NCBI GenBank assembly: GCA_039588275.1
Contig: JBDHAC010000027.1
Location: 1-64,000 of the forward strand
Length of the DNA: 64,000 bases
From: Gemmatimonadota bacterium
Lineage (GTDB): Bacteria > Gemmatimonadota > Gemmatimonadetes > Palauibacterales > Palauibacteraceae
Reading direction: 5' to 3'
Below, piece after piece: positions 35,721 through 46,725 of this stretch. The notes beneath the pieces are model-generated. The model did not search any database, had not been told where the DNA came from, and worked only from the letters and a program-made list of their open reading frames with translations. A program made the position numbers and the translations under genes. The first letter of the stretch is position 1. Every line of letters begins with the position of its first letter.

Positions 35721-38002
35721 GTGACACGACCGGTCCGACCCGAGGAGTCTTCAAGGTCGAGGGAATGCACTGCGCCGGCTGCGTCACGGCGGTAGAGCGA
35801 AAGCTGAACAGCCTCGATGGGGTGCAGGCGACCGTCAGCCTGCCTTCGGAATCGGCCACGATCGAGTACCCCGGAGAGCGCCTCTCGTACGAGGACTTGC
35901 GGCAGGCGGTCGAGGACGCGGGCTACGAGCTCAAGCCGCCGGCCGAACCCGGTGAGGACCGGGCCGCACGAGAGCGAGAGCGCCTGAAGGAGGCCGAGGG
36001 GAAACGGAAGGTCGCACGTCGCCGCGTCGCGCTCGCCTGGGGGCTCACCATCCCGATCATGCTGTGGATGATCCCCGAGATGTTCTTCGGCATCCGGTGG
36101 CCGAGCGAGCTCGCGTTCGACGCCGGCATGGTGGCGCTGGCGGCCTGGGTGCTCGGGATCCCGGGCTGGGAGACGCTCAAGAGCGCGTGGCGCTCGGCGC
36201 GCGGCCTGACCCCGAACATGGACGTGCTCATCGCGATCGGGAGCGGCGTGTCGGTCCTCACGGGCATCGTCGCGATCCTGCACGATCTGGGCGCCGCGCC
36301 GATGATCATGAACTACGCGGGAATCGGCGCGATGATCATGGCCATCCACCTCACCGGCCGATACGTAGAGACGAAGGCGCGGGGTCGTACCTCCGCCGCC
36401 ATCCAGAAGCTCCTCTCGCTGGAGGCGCCGACCGCGCGCGTGGTTCGTGACGGCGGGGAGATCGAGATTCCGACCGCGGAGGTCGGGGTCGGCGACGTGA
36501 TGATCGTTCGGCCCGGTGAGAAGATCCCGACCGACGGCGAGGTGCTGGACGGCCGCAGCGCCGTGGACGAGGCGCTGGTCACCGGCGAGTCCATCCCGGT
36601 CGAGAAGGGACCGGGGGACGCGGTCATCGGGGCTACGGTGAACCGCGAGGGCGTGCTGCGCGTGGAAGCCACGGGCGTGGGGGAGGAGACGTTCCTCGCG
36701 GGCGTGGTTCGCATGGTCGAGGAAGCGCAGGCGAGCAAGGTGCCGATTCAGGAATTCGCGGATCGGGTGACCGCCATCTTCGTCCCGGTGATTCTGGTCG
36801 TCGCCCTCGTCGCTTTGATCGGCTGGGTCGTCTTTCCCGGCTTCTTCCGCGGCGTCGCCGAGTGGGCCGCGGGGTTCGTCCCGTGGGTGAACCCCGGCCT
36901 GGGGCGGATCTCGCTCGCCGTATTCGCCGCAGTCGCCGTGCTGGTCATCGCCTGTCCGTGTGCGTTGGGGCTGGCGACGCCCACCGCCCTCATGGTGGGG
37001 ACCGGCGTCGGAGCGAGCCGCGGCGTGCTCGTGCGCGACGGTGCAGCCATCCAGACGCTGGAAGGCGCCGACACGCTCGTCTTCGACAAGACCGGCACGC
37101 TCACGCGCGGGGAACCACGCCTGGTCGAGGTGCGCACGACCGAGGGAGTGGACGAGGAGGAGCTGCTTCGACTCGCGGGAGCCGTGGAGCGCGTCTCGGA
37201 ACACCCCCTCGCCCGCGCGGTGGTGGACGCGGCGCGCGAACGGGTTGGCGAGCTGCCCACCGCTGCCGATGTGGAGGCGGTCGTGGGACGCGGGGTGCGA
37301 GGAACGGTGGCTGGAGAGCGGGTGGCCGTCGGTAGCGGGCGTCTGTTGCGGGAGACCGGCATCGGGCGGGGAGCGCTGGATGCCGAAGCGGCGGAGTTGG
37401 AAGCCAGGGGTCATACGGTGATGTTCGTGGCACGGGAGCGAGACGCGATCGGGCTTCTGGCCGTGGCGGATCCGGTCAAGCCGGACGCGCGCGCCGCACT
37501 GACCGAGCTCCGGGGTCTCGGCTTCCGCACCCTGCTCCTGACCGGCGACAACGAGCGTACCGCGGCTGCCGTCGCGGGCGAGCTCGGGATCGAGGAGTAC
37601 CAGGCCGGGCTGCTTCCCGATCAGAAGGTGGACGTGGTCCGCGGGCTGCAGCGGGAGGGGCGTACGGTGGCGATGGTCGGGGATGGGATCAACGACGCGC
37701 CCTCGCTCAAGCAGGCCGATGTCGGGGTAGCGATCGGGACCGGGACGGACATCGCGATCGAGGCCGCGGACGTGACGCTCGCGAGGGGTGACCTTTCGGC
37801 GGTCGTGCGCGCGGTGAAGCTGGCCCGGGCGACGTTCCGGAAGATCCGTCAGAACCTCTTCTGGGCATACTTCTACAACACCGTCGCGATCCCGGTGGCG
37901 TTCTTCGGGCTCCTGCACCCGGTGATCGCCGAGGCGGCGATGGCGTTGAGCAGCATCACCGTGGTGACCAACGCGAACCGCCTCCGACGGGCGAAGATCT
38001 GA
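35717..38002 (+). CDS. copA: Cu(+)-translocating P1B-type ATPase
   Basis: GMHCAGC HMA domain, TGES, CPC, DKTGT, GDGIND, YN, MALSS. Confidence 0.93.
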   Translation: MSDTTGPTRGVFKVEGMHCAGCVTAVERKLNSLDGVQATVSLPSESATIEYPGERLSYEDLRQAVEDAGYELKPPAEPGEDRAARERERLKEAEGKRKVARRRVALAWGLTIPIMLWMIPEMFFGIRWPSELAFDAGMVALAAWVLGIPGWETLKSAWRSARGLTPNMDVLIAIGSGVSVLTGIVAILHDLGAAPMIMNYAGIGAMIMAIHLTGRYVETKARGRTSAAIQKLLSLEAPTARVVRDGGEIEIPTAEVGVGDVMIVRPGEKIPTDGEVLDGRSAVDEALVTGESIPVEKGPGDAVIGATVNREGVLRVEATGVGEETFLAGVVRMVEEAQASKVPIQEFADRVTAIFVPVILVVALVALIGWVVFPGFFRGVAEWAAGFVPWVNPGLGRISLAVFAAVAVLVIACPCALGLATPTALMVGTGVGASRGVLVRDGAAIQTLEGADTLVFDKTGTLTRGEPRLVEVRTTEGVDEEELLRLAGAVERVSEHPLARAVVDAARERVGELPTAADVEAVVGRGVRGTVAGERVAVGSGRLLRETGIGRGALDAEAAELEARGHTVMFVARERDAIGLLAVADPVKPDARAALTELRGLGFRTLLLTGDNERTAAAVAGELGIEEYQAGLLPDQKVDVVRGLQREGRTVAMVGDGINDAPSLKQADVGVAIGTGTDIAIEAADVTLARGDLSAVVRAVKLARATFRKIRQNLFWAYFYNTVAIPVAFFGLLHPVIAEAAMALSSITVVTNANRLRRAKI

Positions 38003-38122
38003 CGCGTTTGCCGACGGGCTGCATGGGGCGCAGTATACGGCGTTCGAAACCCCCGCTGCGATCGGCCGGGGGGCTCACGAAGGCTCTTCAGCGGGCTTCG
38101 GCCTGCCGCGCGAGAGGACAGC

Positions 38123-38470
38123 ATGCGGTCACCGTTCGTCGGCATCACGCTCGGCCTGTGGTACCTGGCGGCACCGGTCGTGTGGGGGTATCCGTTCGGC
38201 TTTCTGTGGTGGAACAGCATCGTGATCGGTGCCGCGATACTCGCGATCTCGATCTCTTTCCGGCTCGGGATCAATCGCCTGAGCGGCTATCTCCTGATCG
38301 CGGTCGCGGTCTACAGCATGTTCTCGCCATTCCTGCACCAGTACCTGAACCTGGCCGCTCCGCTCTGGAACGACCTGGTCATCGGAGTCGTGACGGTGGC
38401 GACCGGCGTGGCGATGGCCGGGGCGGGATTGGAGTACAGCGGTGAGGCGTCTTCCACGGTGGGCGCCTGA
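38123..38470 (+). CDS. SPW-repeat-like small membrane protein
   Basis: Two repeats LGLWY..AP..WGY...WN / ..FSPF.....WND. Confidence 0.65.
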   Translation: MRSPFVGITLGLWYLAAPVVWGYPFGFLWWNSIVIGAAILAISISFRLGINRLSGYLLIAVAVYSMFSPFLHQYLNLAAPLWNDLVIGVVTVATGVAMAGAGLEYSGEASSTVGA

Positions 38471-38532
38471 GCGACTGCGGGGGGCTGGGGGCCGCTGGGA
38501 GGACTCGCTGAAGAACTCGGTTGCGACCTGCC

Positions 38533-39738
38533 TCAGGCGCCGAACTTGGCCAGGCGGCCGGCACGCGCGGCGGCGAGCGGCATGAGATCCCGACCCCGGC
38601 GTATGCCCATCGAGCCGAGTGCACAGGCGGACTCACCGAACCGCTCGACCGGCTCCGAGCGGCCTACTCCTCCGTAGATTAGAAACGGCACCGGATGCCA
38701 GCTATGACTCCGCAGCAGTGCCGGCGTGGAGTGATCGCCCGTGATGATCACGACGTCGGGACCCGCGTCCACAAGATCTGGAACGATTCGATCCGCGGCT
38801 TCGATGTATGCCACCTTCTGGTCGAAGTCCCCGTCTTCTCCGGCCTTGTCCGGTGGCTTGTAATGGAGGAAGAAGAAATCGTAGTCGTCGATCCTCCGCC
38901 TCAGCTCGCGGACGAGACTCTCGGGCTCTTCCGGCACCGAGACCGCCTCCATCCCGACCAGGCGGGCGACCCCACGGTACATCGGATAGGCAGCCGCCCC
39001 GAAGGGACGCATCCCGAAGGCGTCTCGGAAAGAGGGCCAATCGGGCCGGCTGGAGAACCCTCTCAGGAGCGCCCCGTTCGCCTGCGGGTGGCCGGCGAGG
39101 ACCTCGCCGGCCGCGTCCAGCCAGGTGCGCACCAGCGTCTCCGTCGCACCCGCGGCCGGGGTCAGCGCGTGGACCGGTGCGGGCGGGACCCCGGTGAGCC
39201 CGGGATCCGTGTCAGCCAGGTCGGCACCCGTGGCGGTATCGGGACGGATCACCAGCATGAATCGGTGTTCTTTGACGTGCCGGACGAACGCCTGTGCCCC
39301 TTCGAGCTCGATCGCGTCCAGGGCTTCGGCGATCGGCGCCGCGTCTTCGGTCGAGATCCGACCCGCCCGCCGGTCTGTGACGAGGCCGTCGGCGTCGAGC
39401 GTGCAGAAGTTGCCGCGGGCGGCGATGTCCGACCGCTCCAGGGGGAACTCGATTCCGAGGGCGGAGAGGACGCCCCGACCGGTCTCGTAGCGCAGGGGAT
39501 CATATCCGAACAGCGCCAGGTGCCCCGGGCCGCTCCCGGGAGTGATACCGGGAGCTACGGGTTCGTGCAGTCCACAACTGCCGGCACGAGCCAACTCGTC
39601 CATGTTGGGTGTGGAGGCCGCCTCGAGCTCGGTCGGGCCACCGGGTTCCATCGGCAATCCCCCGAGCCCGTCCAGCACGTACAGCAGTACCTTGCTACCC
39701 GAATCCTGTGCGAGCGCCCCGATCCGCTCCAGTTGCAT
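38533..39738 (-). CDS. 2,3-bisphosphoglycerate-independent phosphoglycerate mutase (ApgM type)
   Basis: LDGLGG, TELEAA.TPNMD, PGSGPGHL, GDHSTP, HSWHPVP. Confidence 0.92.
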   Translation of the reverse strand: MQLERIGALAQDSGSKVLLYVLDGLGGLPMEPGGPTELEAASTPNMDELARAGSCGLHEPVAPGITPGSGPGHLALFGYDPLRYETGRGVLSALGIEFPLERSDIAARGNFCTLDADGLVTDRRAGRISTEDAAPIAEALDAIELEGAQAFVRHVKEHRFMLVIRPDTATGADLADTDPGLTGVPPAPVHALTPAAGATETLVRTWLDAAGEVLAGHPQANGALLRGFSSRPDWPSFRDAFGMRPFGAAAYPMYRGVARLVGMEAVSVPEEPESLVRELRRRIDDYDFFFLHYKPPDKAGEDGDFDQKVAYIEAADRIVPDLVDAGPDVVIITGDHSTPALLRSHSWHPVPFLIYGGVGRSEPVERFGESACALGSMGIRRGRDLMPLAAARAGRLAKFGA

Positions 39739-39899
39739 GTGTCCGTGATCCCCGGCGTTGGGTCCCGTACGAGGTGCTTCGCCGACCGACAAAGCCAACG
39801 TATGACGGCCAATTCTCCGCGGCCAGCGCGGTCAACGCGCGATTCCCGGTCCTGCGGACGCGCCGTGCCGAGACGTGCCCCGAAGGGCGCGAGGGTCCG

Positions 39900-40583
39900 A
39901 TGAGTCCGTCTTCCGACCTGGCATTGCGAACCGAGCGACTATCACGCCGCTTCGGTCGCAGCTGGGCTCTGGACTCCCTCGACCTCGAAATCCAGCGCGG
40001 TTCCACGGTCGCGGTGCTCGGTCCGAACGGGGCGGGAAAGACGACCCTGTTCCGGGTCCTGGCGACGCTGCTACGCCCCTCCACCGGCCATGTGGAGGTA
40101 TTCGGTTCGGTCCTCCCCAGGCATGCGGACGCGGTGCGAAGCCGAACCGGGATGTTGACCGCCGCGGGGTACGTCTACGACGAGCTCACCGGTCTCGAGA
40201 ATCTGCGCTTCGCGGCGCTCATGTCGGGGGAGCGCCCCGACCTCACGGCCCTGCGCGCCGCGATCGCGGAGGTGGGGCTCGAGGAGGCCGCCGATAAGCG
40301 GGTGCGCGCGTACTCGGCCGGCATGCGTAAGCGACTCGAGCTCGCCCGTCTCATGCTCCGACGGCTCGAGCTGGTTCTCCTGGACGAGCCTTTCGTGAGC
40401 CTCGATCAGGAGGGAGTGGAGTTGGTGCAGGCGGCGATCCAGCGCTGGAAGGCCGCCGGAGGGACGGTGCTGGTCGCTTCGCACCAGGTCGCGGACGCGC
40501 TGCGTCACGCCGACCGCGCTCTGCTCCTGACCGCGGGCCGGCTGGAGCGCGATGCCCCTGCGGTGGAATGGGCGCAACCGTGA
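39900..40583 (+). CDS. ccmA: Heme exporter ATP-binding protein
   Basis: GPNGAGKT, YSAGMRKR, LLDEP; precedes ccmB/ccmC. Confidence 0.88.
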   Translation: MSPSSDLALRTERLSRRFGRSWALDSLDLEIQRGSTVAVLGPNGAGKTTLFRVLATLLRPSTGHVEVFGSVLPRHADAVRSRTGMLTAAGYVYDELTGLENLRFAALMSGERPDLTALRAAIAEVGLEEAADKRVRAYSAGMRKRLELARLMLRRLELVLLDEPFVSLDQEGVELVQAAIQRWKAAGGTVLVASHQVADALRHADRALLLTAGRLERDAPAVEWAQP

Positions 40584-40614
40584 CCGGGCGCAACGTCACG
40601 CGGCGAGGCGCGGC

Positions 40615-41295
40615 ATGAGCGACCTGTGGCGACGGACCTGGGCGATCCTGTGGAAGGACCTGCTCATCGAGCTTCGCACCAAGCAGGCACTGAACGCCAT
40701 GGTGTTCTTCGCAGGGCTGGTCCTGCTCTTGTTCAGCTTCGCGATCGGACCCAACCCCGATTTGCTGCGCGAGCTCGCCGGCGGACTTCTTTGGGTGGCC
40801 ATCGTGTTCACGGGGACCGTCTCGCTCGGTCGTTCCTTCCAGTCCGAGGAGCTGGCGGGCGGGTTGCAGCTCATGCGGCTTTATCCCGGCGAGCGCCGGG
40901 CGATCTTCCTTGGCAAGCTGCTGGCGAACCTCGTGCTTCTGCTCGCCGTGGAGGCGGTGCTCTTCCCCGTCGCGGGCGTGCTCTTCCAGATCAACATGTG
41001 GCCCAACGCGTGGGGCCTGGCGGGCATCGCGGTGCTGGGGTCGTTCGGGTTCTCGACCGTCGGCACGTTCTACGCCGCGCTCACGGTCCACCTGCGGGCG
41101 CGCGAGCTCATGCTCCCGCTCCTGGTGTTTCCGGCGTTGATCCCGCTGCTGCTCGCCGCGGTCAACGCCACCGGCGGGCTGATCCTGGGCGACGCGATGG
41201 GTCAGGTGAGCGGCTGGCTGCGCTTGCTCGTAGCCTACGACGTGATACTGTTCGTCGTTTGCGTATGGATCTTCCCGATCGTTCTGGAGGAATAG
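40615..41295 (+). CDS. ccmB: Heme exporter permease
   Basis: WKDLLIELR, RELMLPLLVFP..IP. Confidence 0.9.
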   Translation: MSDLWRRTWAILWKDLLIELRTKQALNAMVFFAGLVLLLFSFAIGPNPDLLRELAGGLLWVAIVFTGTVSLGRSFQSEELAGGLQLMRLYPGERRAIFLGKLLANLVLLLAVEAVLFPVAGVLFQINMWPNAWGLAGIAVLGSFGFSTVGTFYAALTVHLRARELMLPLLVFPALIPLLLAAVNATGGLILGDAMGQVSGWLRLLVAYDVILFVVCVWIFPIVLEE

Positions 41296-41347
41296 ATCTC
41301 ATGAGCCCCGGATCCGGCGACTCGATGTGGAGTCAGGGCAGGCCCCG

Positions 41348-42016
41348 ATGAGCGGCGCCGTGCGCGGGCGCGCGTTGGGTTGGGTGGCTTTTGCCGCCCT
41401 CCTCGTCGGCAGCGCCGTCGCTCTGTTCGTCGTGCCGGCGGACGCGGCTCAGGGGGAGGTGCAGCGCATCCTGTACATCCACGTGCCGTCTGCGTGGGTG
41501 GCGATGCTCTCGTTCTTCGTCGTGTTTCTGATGAGCGCACTCTATCTCGTCCAGCGTCGGTTGCGCTGGGACCTGATCGCGGCGAGCGCGGTCGAGATCG
41601 GAGTGTTGTTCACGGGGCTCACGCTCGCGCTCGGCATGCTGTGGGGGAAGCCGACCTGGGGCGTCTGGTGGATCTGGGACCCACGGCTCACGACGACCGC
41701 GATCCTGTTCGTCATCTACGTGGGGTATCTGCTGGTGCGCTCGGTGTCCGAGGATCCGGATCAGCGGGCGCGGTGGTCGGCGGTGATCGGGATCGTCGCG
41801 TTCGTGCAGGTCCCGGTCGTATACCTGTCGGTGTTTTGGTGGCGAAGCATCCATCAACCGCCGTCGTCACCGCGCTCGATGGCTTCCGAGTTCTTTCTGG
41901 TGCTCATGCTGAACTTCGCAGCGTTCACGCTGTTCTACGTGTATCTCATGATGAGGCGGTACCGGTTGGCGAAGATGGAGCTGGAGCTCGAGCTGCAGGA
42001 GCCGTCTCGTGAATAA
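41348..42016 (+). CDS. ccmC: Heme exporter CcmC
   Basis: YIHVPSAW, WGKPTWGVWWIWDPRLT, WWRSIHQ. Confidence 0.93.
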   Translation: MSGAVRGRALGWVAFAALLVGSAVALFVVPADAAQGEVQRILYIHVPSAWVAMLSFFVVFLMSALYLVQRRLRWDLIAASAVEIGVLFTGLTLALGMLWGKPTWGVWWIWDPRLTTTAILFVIYVGYLLVRSVSEDPDQRARWSAVIGIVAFVQVPVVYLSVFWWRSIHQPPSSPRSMASEFFLVLMLNFAAFTLFYVYLMMRRYRLAKMELELELQEPSRE

Positions 42017-42158
42017 CCCGCTCTATCTGGTCGCCGGCTTCGGCCTCACCTGGGGCGCCCTGGTCTGGTACGCCTGGCGCATATCGCGACGGACGAGCGC
42101 CACGGTAGCGGACCTGGCCCGCCACCGCGGCGATTCGGGGTCCGACATCACGCCCTGA
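42009..42158 (+). CDS. ccmD: CcmD-like small membrane protein (49 aa)
   Basis: Not in ORF track. GTG start overlaps ccmC end; MNNPLYLVAGFGLTWGALVWYAWRISRR.. is one TM followed by basic residues. Confidence 0.75.
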   Translation: MNNPLYLVAGFGLTWGALVWYAWRISRRTSATVADLARHRGDSGSDITP

Positions 42159-42340
42159 CGGGCGCGCCTGGGAACAACGACGCAACCCGAAGAACCCAAG
42201 CTCGTTACGGCCATTCGGCAGTCGACCCGGGAGGGGAGCACAACGGGGGAACTCGGGCGTATCATATTTGTATCATTTGTGCTTCGATCGGAGCGCTTTG
42301 GGGGGAGCTCTGATTCGTAACCCGGTCTGACCGGAGGCTT

Positions 42341-43204
42341 ATGTTCTTCGATTCTCGTGCTCTTGACTCGTTCGATCAGTACCTCCAGGACGTCGAACGA
42401 TATCCTCTGATCAGCGATCCGAAGGAGGAACGTCGCATCGCCCGCCGCGCGCGGGCCGGTGACCGTCAGGCCGCCGAGCGCCTGGTCACCGCGAATCTCC
42501 GCTTCGTGATCTCGTATGTGAAGAAATATCAGGGTCGGGGTCTGAATCTCGCCGAGCTCGTGTGCATCGGTAACGAGGGCCTGCTCAAGGCCGTCAAGAA
42601 GTTCGACCCTGACAAAGGCGTCAAGTTCATCTCGTACGCGGTGTGGTGGATTCGGCAGACGGTCCTTCAGGCCCTCGCCGAGCAGACCAGATCCGTCCGC
42701 ATTCCGCTCAACCAGAACTCGAACCTGGTGAAGCTGTCGCGCACCGAGACGGCCCTCACCCAGAAGCTGGGGCGTTCTCCGACCGATCGAGAGATCGCCG
42801 AGGAGATGGAGGAGCCGGTCGAGACGGTTCGCGCCCTGCGCCGTGTCGCGTCGGCGGAGCTCAGCCTCGACGCCCCGCTGGACAAGTCCGATCGCGATAG
42901 CGCTTCGTTCGGGGAGCGTTTCGCGGGTATGGACGATGCGGACATCGAGGAGGACGTGGAGGGCCAGGCCCGGCGCGAGTTCCTCGAGCGGATGTTCGAG
43001 CGCTATCTCACGGAGCGTGAGCGGAAGATCCTCGTCCTGTACTACGGCCTCGATGACGGCGAGGAGATGACGCTGGAGGAGATCGGGTCTTTGCTCGGCG
43101 TCACTCGTGAGCGGATCCGCCAGATCCGTAACCGTGCGTTCGACAAGCTGCGCGCGTCAGGGGACGGAACCGCCCTCGAGGGTTTCTGGCGCGCGACGGC
43201 GTGA
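42341..43204 (+). CDS. sigma70-family RNA polymerase sigma factor (lacks region 1.1)
   Basis: ANLRFV, KFISYAVWWIRQ, SLDAP, TLEEIG..LGVTRERIRQI; GGAGG RBS. Confidence 0.93.
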   Translation: MFFDSRALDSFDQYLQDVERYPLISDPKEERRIARRARAGDRQAAERLVTANLRFVISYVKKYQGRGLNLAELVCIGNEGLLKAVKKFDPDKGVKFISYAVWWIRQTVLQALAEQTRSVRIPLNQNSNLVKLSRTETALTQKLGRSPTDREIAEEMEEPVETVRALRRVASAELSLDAPLDKSDRDSASFGERFAGMDDADIEEDVEGQARREFLERMFERYLTERERKILVLYYGLDDGEEMTLEEIGSLLGVTRERIRQIRNRAFDKLRASGDGTALEGFWRATA

Positions 43205-43630
43205 AAGCAGGTCGCCCCACGGGAGCGCGCACAGAAAGATCAGGACGGTGAGGATCGCGCTGGCCACGCACCAGCGACAGAACGCCCGCAGCACGAACGC
43301 CTCGATCGCCGTCAGGTAGAATGAAAAGGCCAGGCCGCCCGCTGCCAGGATGAGCAGCGCGCGACCTGGCCATTTCGCATCCGCGAAGCGTCCCTGTACG
43401 GAGAGCATCGCGGTGACGAACACCGCCGCGTACCAGGCTACCCCCCAACCCGAGACCGGTAACCCGAGAAAGCGGGCGTACTCGGACGCCTGCACATAGT
43501 CGCAGCTCCCGCCCGCCCCGCATACGAGCTCGTTGTAGGCGCCCAGCGCGTACAGGAGCAGGTAGACCGACATGAACAGCCCGGCGAGCGCCACGAGGGC
43601 GGCCGCCATCCTGCAAGTCGTTCTACTCAT
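43157..43630 (-). CDS. Vitamin K epoxide reductase (VKOR) family
   Basis: C.....C..V..S.YA, C..C (FCRWC) active site. Confidence 0.88.
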   Translation of the reverse strand: MSRTTCRMAAALVALAGLFMSVYLLLYALGAYNELVCGAGGSCDYVQASEYARFLGLPVSGWGVAWYAAVFVTAMLSVQGRFADAKWPGRALLILAAGGLAFSFYLTAIEAFVLRAFCRWCVASAILTVLIFLCALPWGDLLSRRRAPETLEGGSVP

Positions 43631-43646
43631 GAGCGGGGCGGAGGGC

Positions 43647-44414
43647 TCACGAGCCGGGCTCGCTCTCGCCGACTGCCTCTGAGTCGCCTTCGGGCGCGCT
43701 CTCAGCCTCGGTCACCGCTTCCTGGATGAGGCCCTCGATGGCCGTGTAGTCAAACTCGGTCGGTTCGAGACGGCGGCCGTTCAGGAAGATCGTCGGCGTG
43801 CTGCTCACGCCCATCTGATCCCCGTACTTCCGGACGGCCATAACGCGGTCCAGGTGGCGCTGCTCGCTCAGGCAGCGTCCGAACTCGCCCCCGTCGAGGG
43901 CCAGGTCATCCGCGATCTCGCGGAAGCGCCCGTTCGGATCTCGGTCCGTCGCCCACCGTGTTTGCCTTGCCAGCAGTAGGTCGTGCATCTGCCAATAGAG
44001 GCCCTGGTCTCCCGCGCAACGCGCCGCGATCGAGGCGGCGATGGAGTTGGGAAACGTGCCGAGCACGTAGTCGTAATGGATCCATTGGACGGGTCCGGCG
44101 TCCGCCACGTAGTTCTGGCGGATCAGGCGGCCCGTAAAGGACGCGAATCGCGCGCAGGCGGGACACGAATAGTCCGCGAACTCCATGATCGTCACGGGCG
44201 CGTCGGCCGGCCCGGTCGCCAGGCCCGCCGATGGGTCCGCTTCGACATCGATCGGGATCTCCGGCAGCGGCTCGGCCGTCGACTGTGAGCCCCCGCCGCT
44301 TGCCGCGATCAGCCACGCGATGCCCCCTGCGGCCACCAGCGCCAGCAGCATGTAGAACGTGCGGCTTTGGCCGCGTTCCCCGCTCCGAGGTGGGGTCAGT
44401 TTCCGCTGATTCAA
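43647..44414 (-). CDS. DsbA-like thioredoxin-fold protein
   Basis: N-terminal TM, EFADYSCPAC, GVSSTPT. Confidence 0.88.
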   Translation of the reverse strand: MNQRKLTPPRSGERGQSRTFYMLLALVAAGGIAWLIAASGGGSQSTAEPLPEIPIDVEADPSAGLATGPADAPVTIMEFADYSCPACARFASFTGRLIRQNYVADAGPVQWIHYDYVLGTFPNSIAASIAARCAGDQGLYWQMHDLLLARQTRWATDRDPNGRFREIADDLALDGGEFGRCLSEQRHLDRVMAVRKYGDQMGVSSTPTIFLNGRRLEPTEFDYTAIEGLIQEAVTEAESAPEGDSEAVGESEPGS

Positions 44415-44454
44415 GCGTCCCTCCCGTTTTGGTTCTCTTTGCCCGCCGGTTTAG

Positions 44455-45930
44455 CTACATCAGTAGCAGAACCGCCGTCGCGACCACGGCGAACGCCGCG
44501 ATCGCCATCAGGACGAGCACCGTCCTCTCCTTCATGCGGCGCTTCGGCAACAAGGCGACCCGCACCATGCGCGGCAGCAACGCCGAGCTCCACAGATCCG
44601 CGATCTCGTCGATCAGCTCGCGCCAGGTCGCTCCGTACACCCGGTCGAGCTTCACGATCTCCGATCTCCATTGAGCCGCGGCCTCTTCGACTTGCCCTTC
44701 CTCCGTGCCGGGGGGACCTTGCTCCAGCGCGTGCAACCGCTGCATGAGCAGGTGCTCCCGGGCCAGAACCCGCGTCAGGCTGGGCTCCAACCGTTCGGTG
44801 AATTCCCGCAGCTTCCTACCCAGCTCGCGCCGCTCTGTGTCCATCGACCGGAATCTACGCGCGAGCTCTTCCTCGGGCCGCTTTTCGGACAGGAGTCGAT
44901 TCAACTCGTACTCGTACACCGTGAACAGCCGGTCCGCCGCGGTCTTGAGCGCGGCCTGCGTGTCCTCGCGAAGCTGCTCCGCTTCCATCGCCTCGACGGC
45001 CCTCGCGAGACTGTCAGCGGCGTACGCCGCCGATTTCCTCAGCATCAGAGGACCGAGCGCGATCTCGCCGAGCTCCTGGAAGTGACGCTCGAAGAACTCG
45101 GGCCTGAAACCGACCTTCAGCTCCGGCTCGACGTGTATCCTCTCCGCTCCTTCTTTACAGGCCTCGCGCATCGTCTCCACCGAGATCTCGAACACGGGGA
45201 GGCGCGCGGGCAGCGGTGGTGCCACCTCGCCGCGGGCGAACATCTCGATCGCGAGGTCCGCGTCCGCGGGGCTCTTGGGCGGCGACTTGGCGACCCGGGC
45301 AACGGCCTGGATCTCCTCGGGGAACAGGTAGCGGAGCTTCAGTGAGATCTCTTCATCCTCGAGCGCGAGCCCTCCCCAGCCGACCTCGGGCCCGCTGGAG
45401 TCCAGCTCCTCCACCGAGGCCACCGGCCAGGTGACCGAATGCCGCCGCTCTCGAGCGATCAGGTGAAGGCCGCGCTGGGTGAAGACCGCGAGGTGGAGAC
45501 CGCCGAGGCGTGTGCCTTCCACGGTTCCGCTCACGGCCGTCCCGGCGGTGCACACCACGACCTCGCGCGCGAGTGGCTGAAGCAGGAGCCGCTGCGCGCC
45601 TCGATCGCTCCCGCGCTCCACTGCGCGCGCGACATCTTCCAGATCGCTGCTCTTCCCGAGCAAGGCCACGGTGTCATCGCGACCGAACACGAGCACAAGA
45701 CCGGCGCGTCTCGAGACCCAAAACACGGATTCGAGGGGGATCTCACGATCTTCGAGCTTGAGGGTCGACCGAGTCAGTTGGACCCGCGCATCACGACGCA
45801 CCGGACTTCCATCGATCAGGACGTCCAGTGCGTACGCGCGGGAATCCGACGTCCCGGATCCGCCCCCTGCTTCCTCCAAGGTGATTCGCCCTCCCGGCTT
45901 CACGCCTGCTTCGCGCGCTTTCCCGTCCAT
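44455..45930 (-). CDS. Hypothetical protein with C-terminal membrane anchor
   Basis: ~490-aa ORF: beta-rich N-terminus, helical C-half, terminal hydrophobic helix. Confidence 0.7.
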   Translation of the reverse strand: MDGKAREAGVKPGGRITLEEAGGGSGTSDSRAYALDVLIDGSPVRRDARVQLTRSTLKLEDREIPLESVFWVSRRAGLVLVFGRDDTVALLGKSSDLEDVARAVERGSDRGAQRLLLQPLAREVVVCTAGTAVSGTVEGTRLGGLHLAVFTQRGLHLIARERRHSVTWPVASVEELDSSGPEVGWGGLALEDEEISLKLRYLFPEEIQAVARVAKSPPKSPADADLAIEMFARGEVAPPLPARLPVFEISVETMREACKEGAERIHVEPELKVGFRPEFFERHFQELGEIALGPLMLRKSAAYAADSLARAVEAMEAEQLREDTQAALKTAADRLFTVYEYELNRLLSEKRPEEELARRFRSMDTERRELGRKLREFTERLEPSLTRVLAREHLLMQRLHALEQGPPGTEEGQVEEAAAQWRSEIVKLDRVYGATWRELIDEIADLWSSALLPRMVRVALLPKRRMKERTVLVLMAIAAFAVVATAVLLLM

Positions 45931-46027
45931 CACTCGTGGCCTACGACACCTCGCCAAGCTTGAATCTCGCGCACGGCGGCCCCGTCCGCGACATGCATCC
46001 GAGTGTCGTCCGAGTCCGTGTCGCGGA

Positions 46028-46723
46028 TCAGGCCGCCTCGATCAGCTCGACGACGGCAGCGACATCGTCGAGCCCCGGGACCACCCAGTCCGCCCCATGT
46101 GCCTCGAGCTCCTCCACCGAGAAGCGTCCGGTCGCCACGGCGAGGATTCGCGCTCCCCCCGTGCGGGCGCACCGAACATCCTCCGGCGTGTCGCCGATCA
46201 GGATCATCTCTTCGCTCGTGAACGCGATCCCGGTGGTGGCTCGCGCCCGGCGCAACGCTATGGGGGGCAGGTCCACGCGTCGCTCGGCGTCCGAACCGAA
46301 CGCCCCGAAGCCGAAGCAGCCGTCCAGACCGCAGGAGCGCAGCTTCATCCATGCTCCACGCTCGACGTTGCCGGTGAGCAGCCCGAGCCGAAAGCGGGGC
46401 TCCTCCGCCAGGCGCCCGAGCAGATCGGTCACGCCCGGGAAGACCGCCACGCGGCCCCGCCGTGCCTGCAGCTCGCCCTCGAGCCGCCAATCGTAGGAGT
46501 CCCATAGCGAAGCGAGCCGGGCGTCGATCGCGGGATCCTCGAGCCCCGCCATGTTCAACAGGCTACGCACGATGTCGGGGTCCGTGAGGCCGTCGAACGC
46601 GAACTCGTCGATCGGACCGGTCGTCTCGTACACCTCCCGCATGGCCCCTTCGAGCGCGGCTCGTCCCGCGCCGGCGGCGTCCAGCAGCGTCCCGTCCACG
46701 TCGAACAGCAGCAACCGATTCAC
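46028..46723 (-). CDS. HAD-superfamily hydrolase
   Basis: LFDVDGTL, LTGN, IGDTPED. Confidence 0.9.
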   Translation of the reverse strand: MNRLLLFDVDGTLLDAAGAGRAALEGAMREVYETTGPIDEFAFDGLTDPDIVRSLLNMAGLEDPAIDARLASLWDSYDWRLEGELQARRGRVAVFPGVTDLLGRLAEEPRFRLGLLTGNVERGAWMKLRSCGLDGCFGFGAFGSDAERRVDLPPIALRRARATTGIAFTSEEMILIGDTPEDVRCARTGGARILAVATGRFSVEELEAHGADWVVPGLDDVAAVVELIEAA

Positions 46724-46725
46724 GA

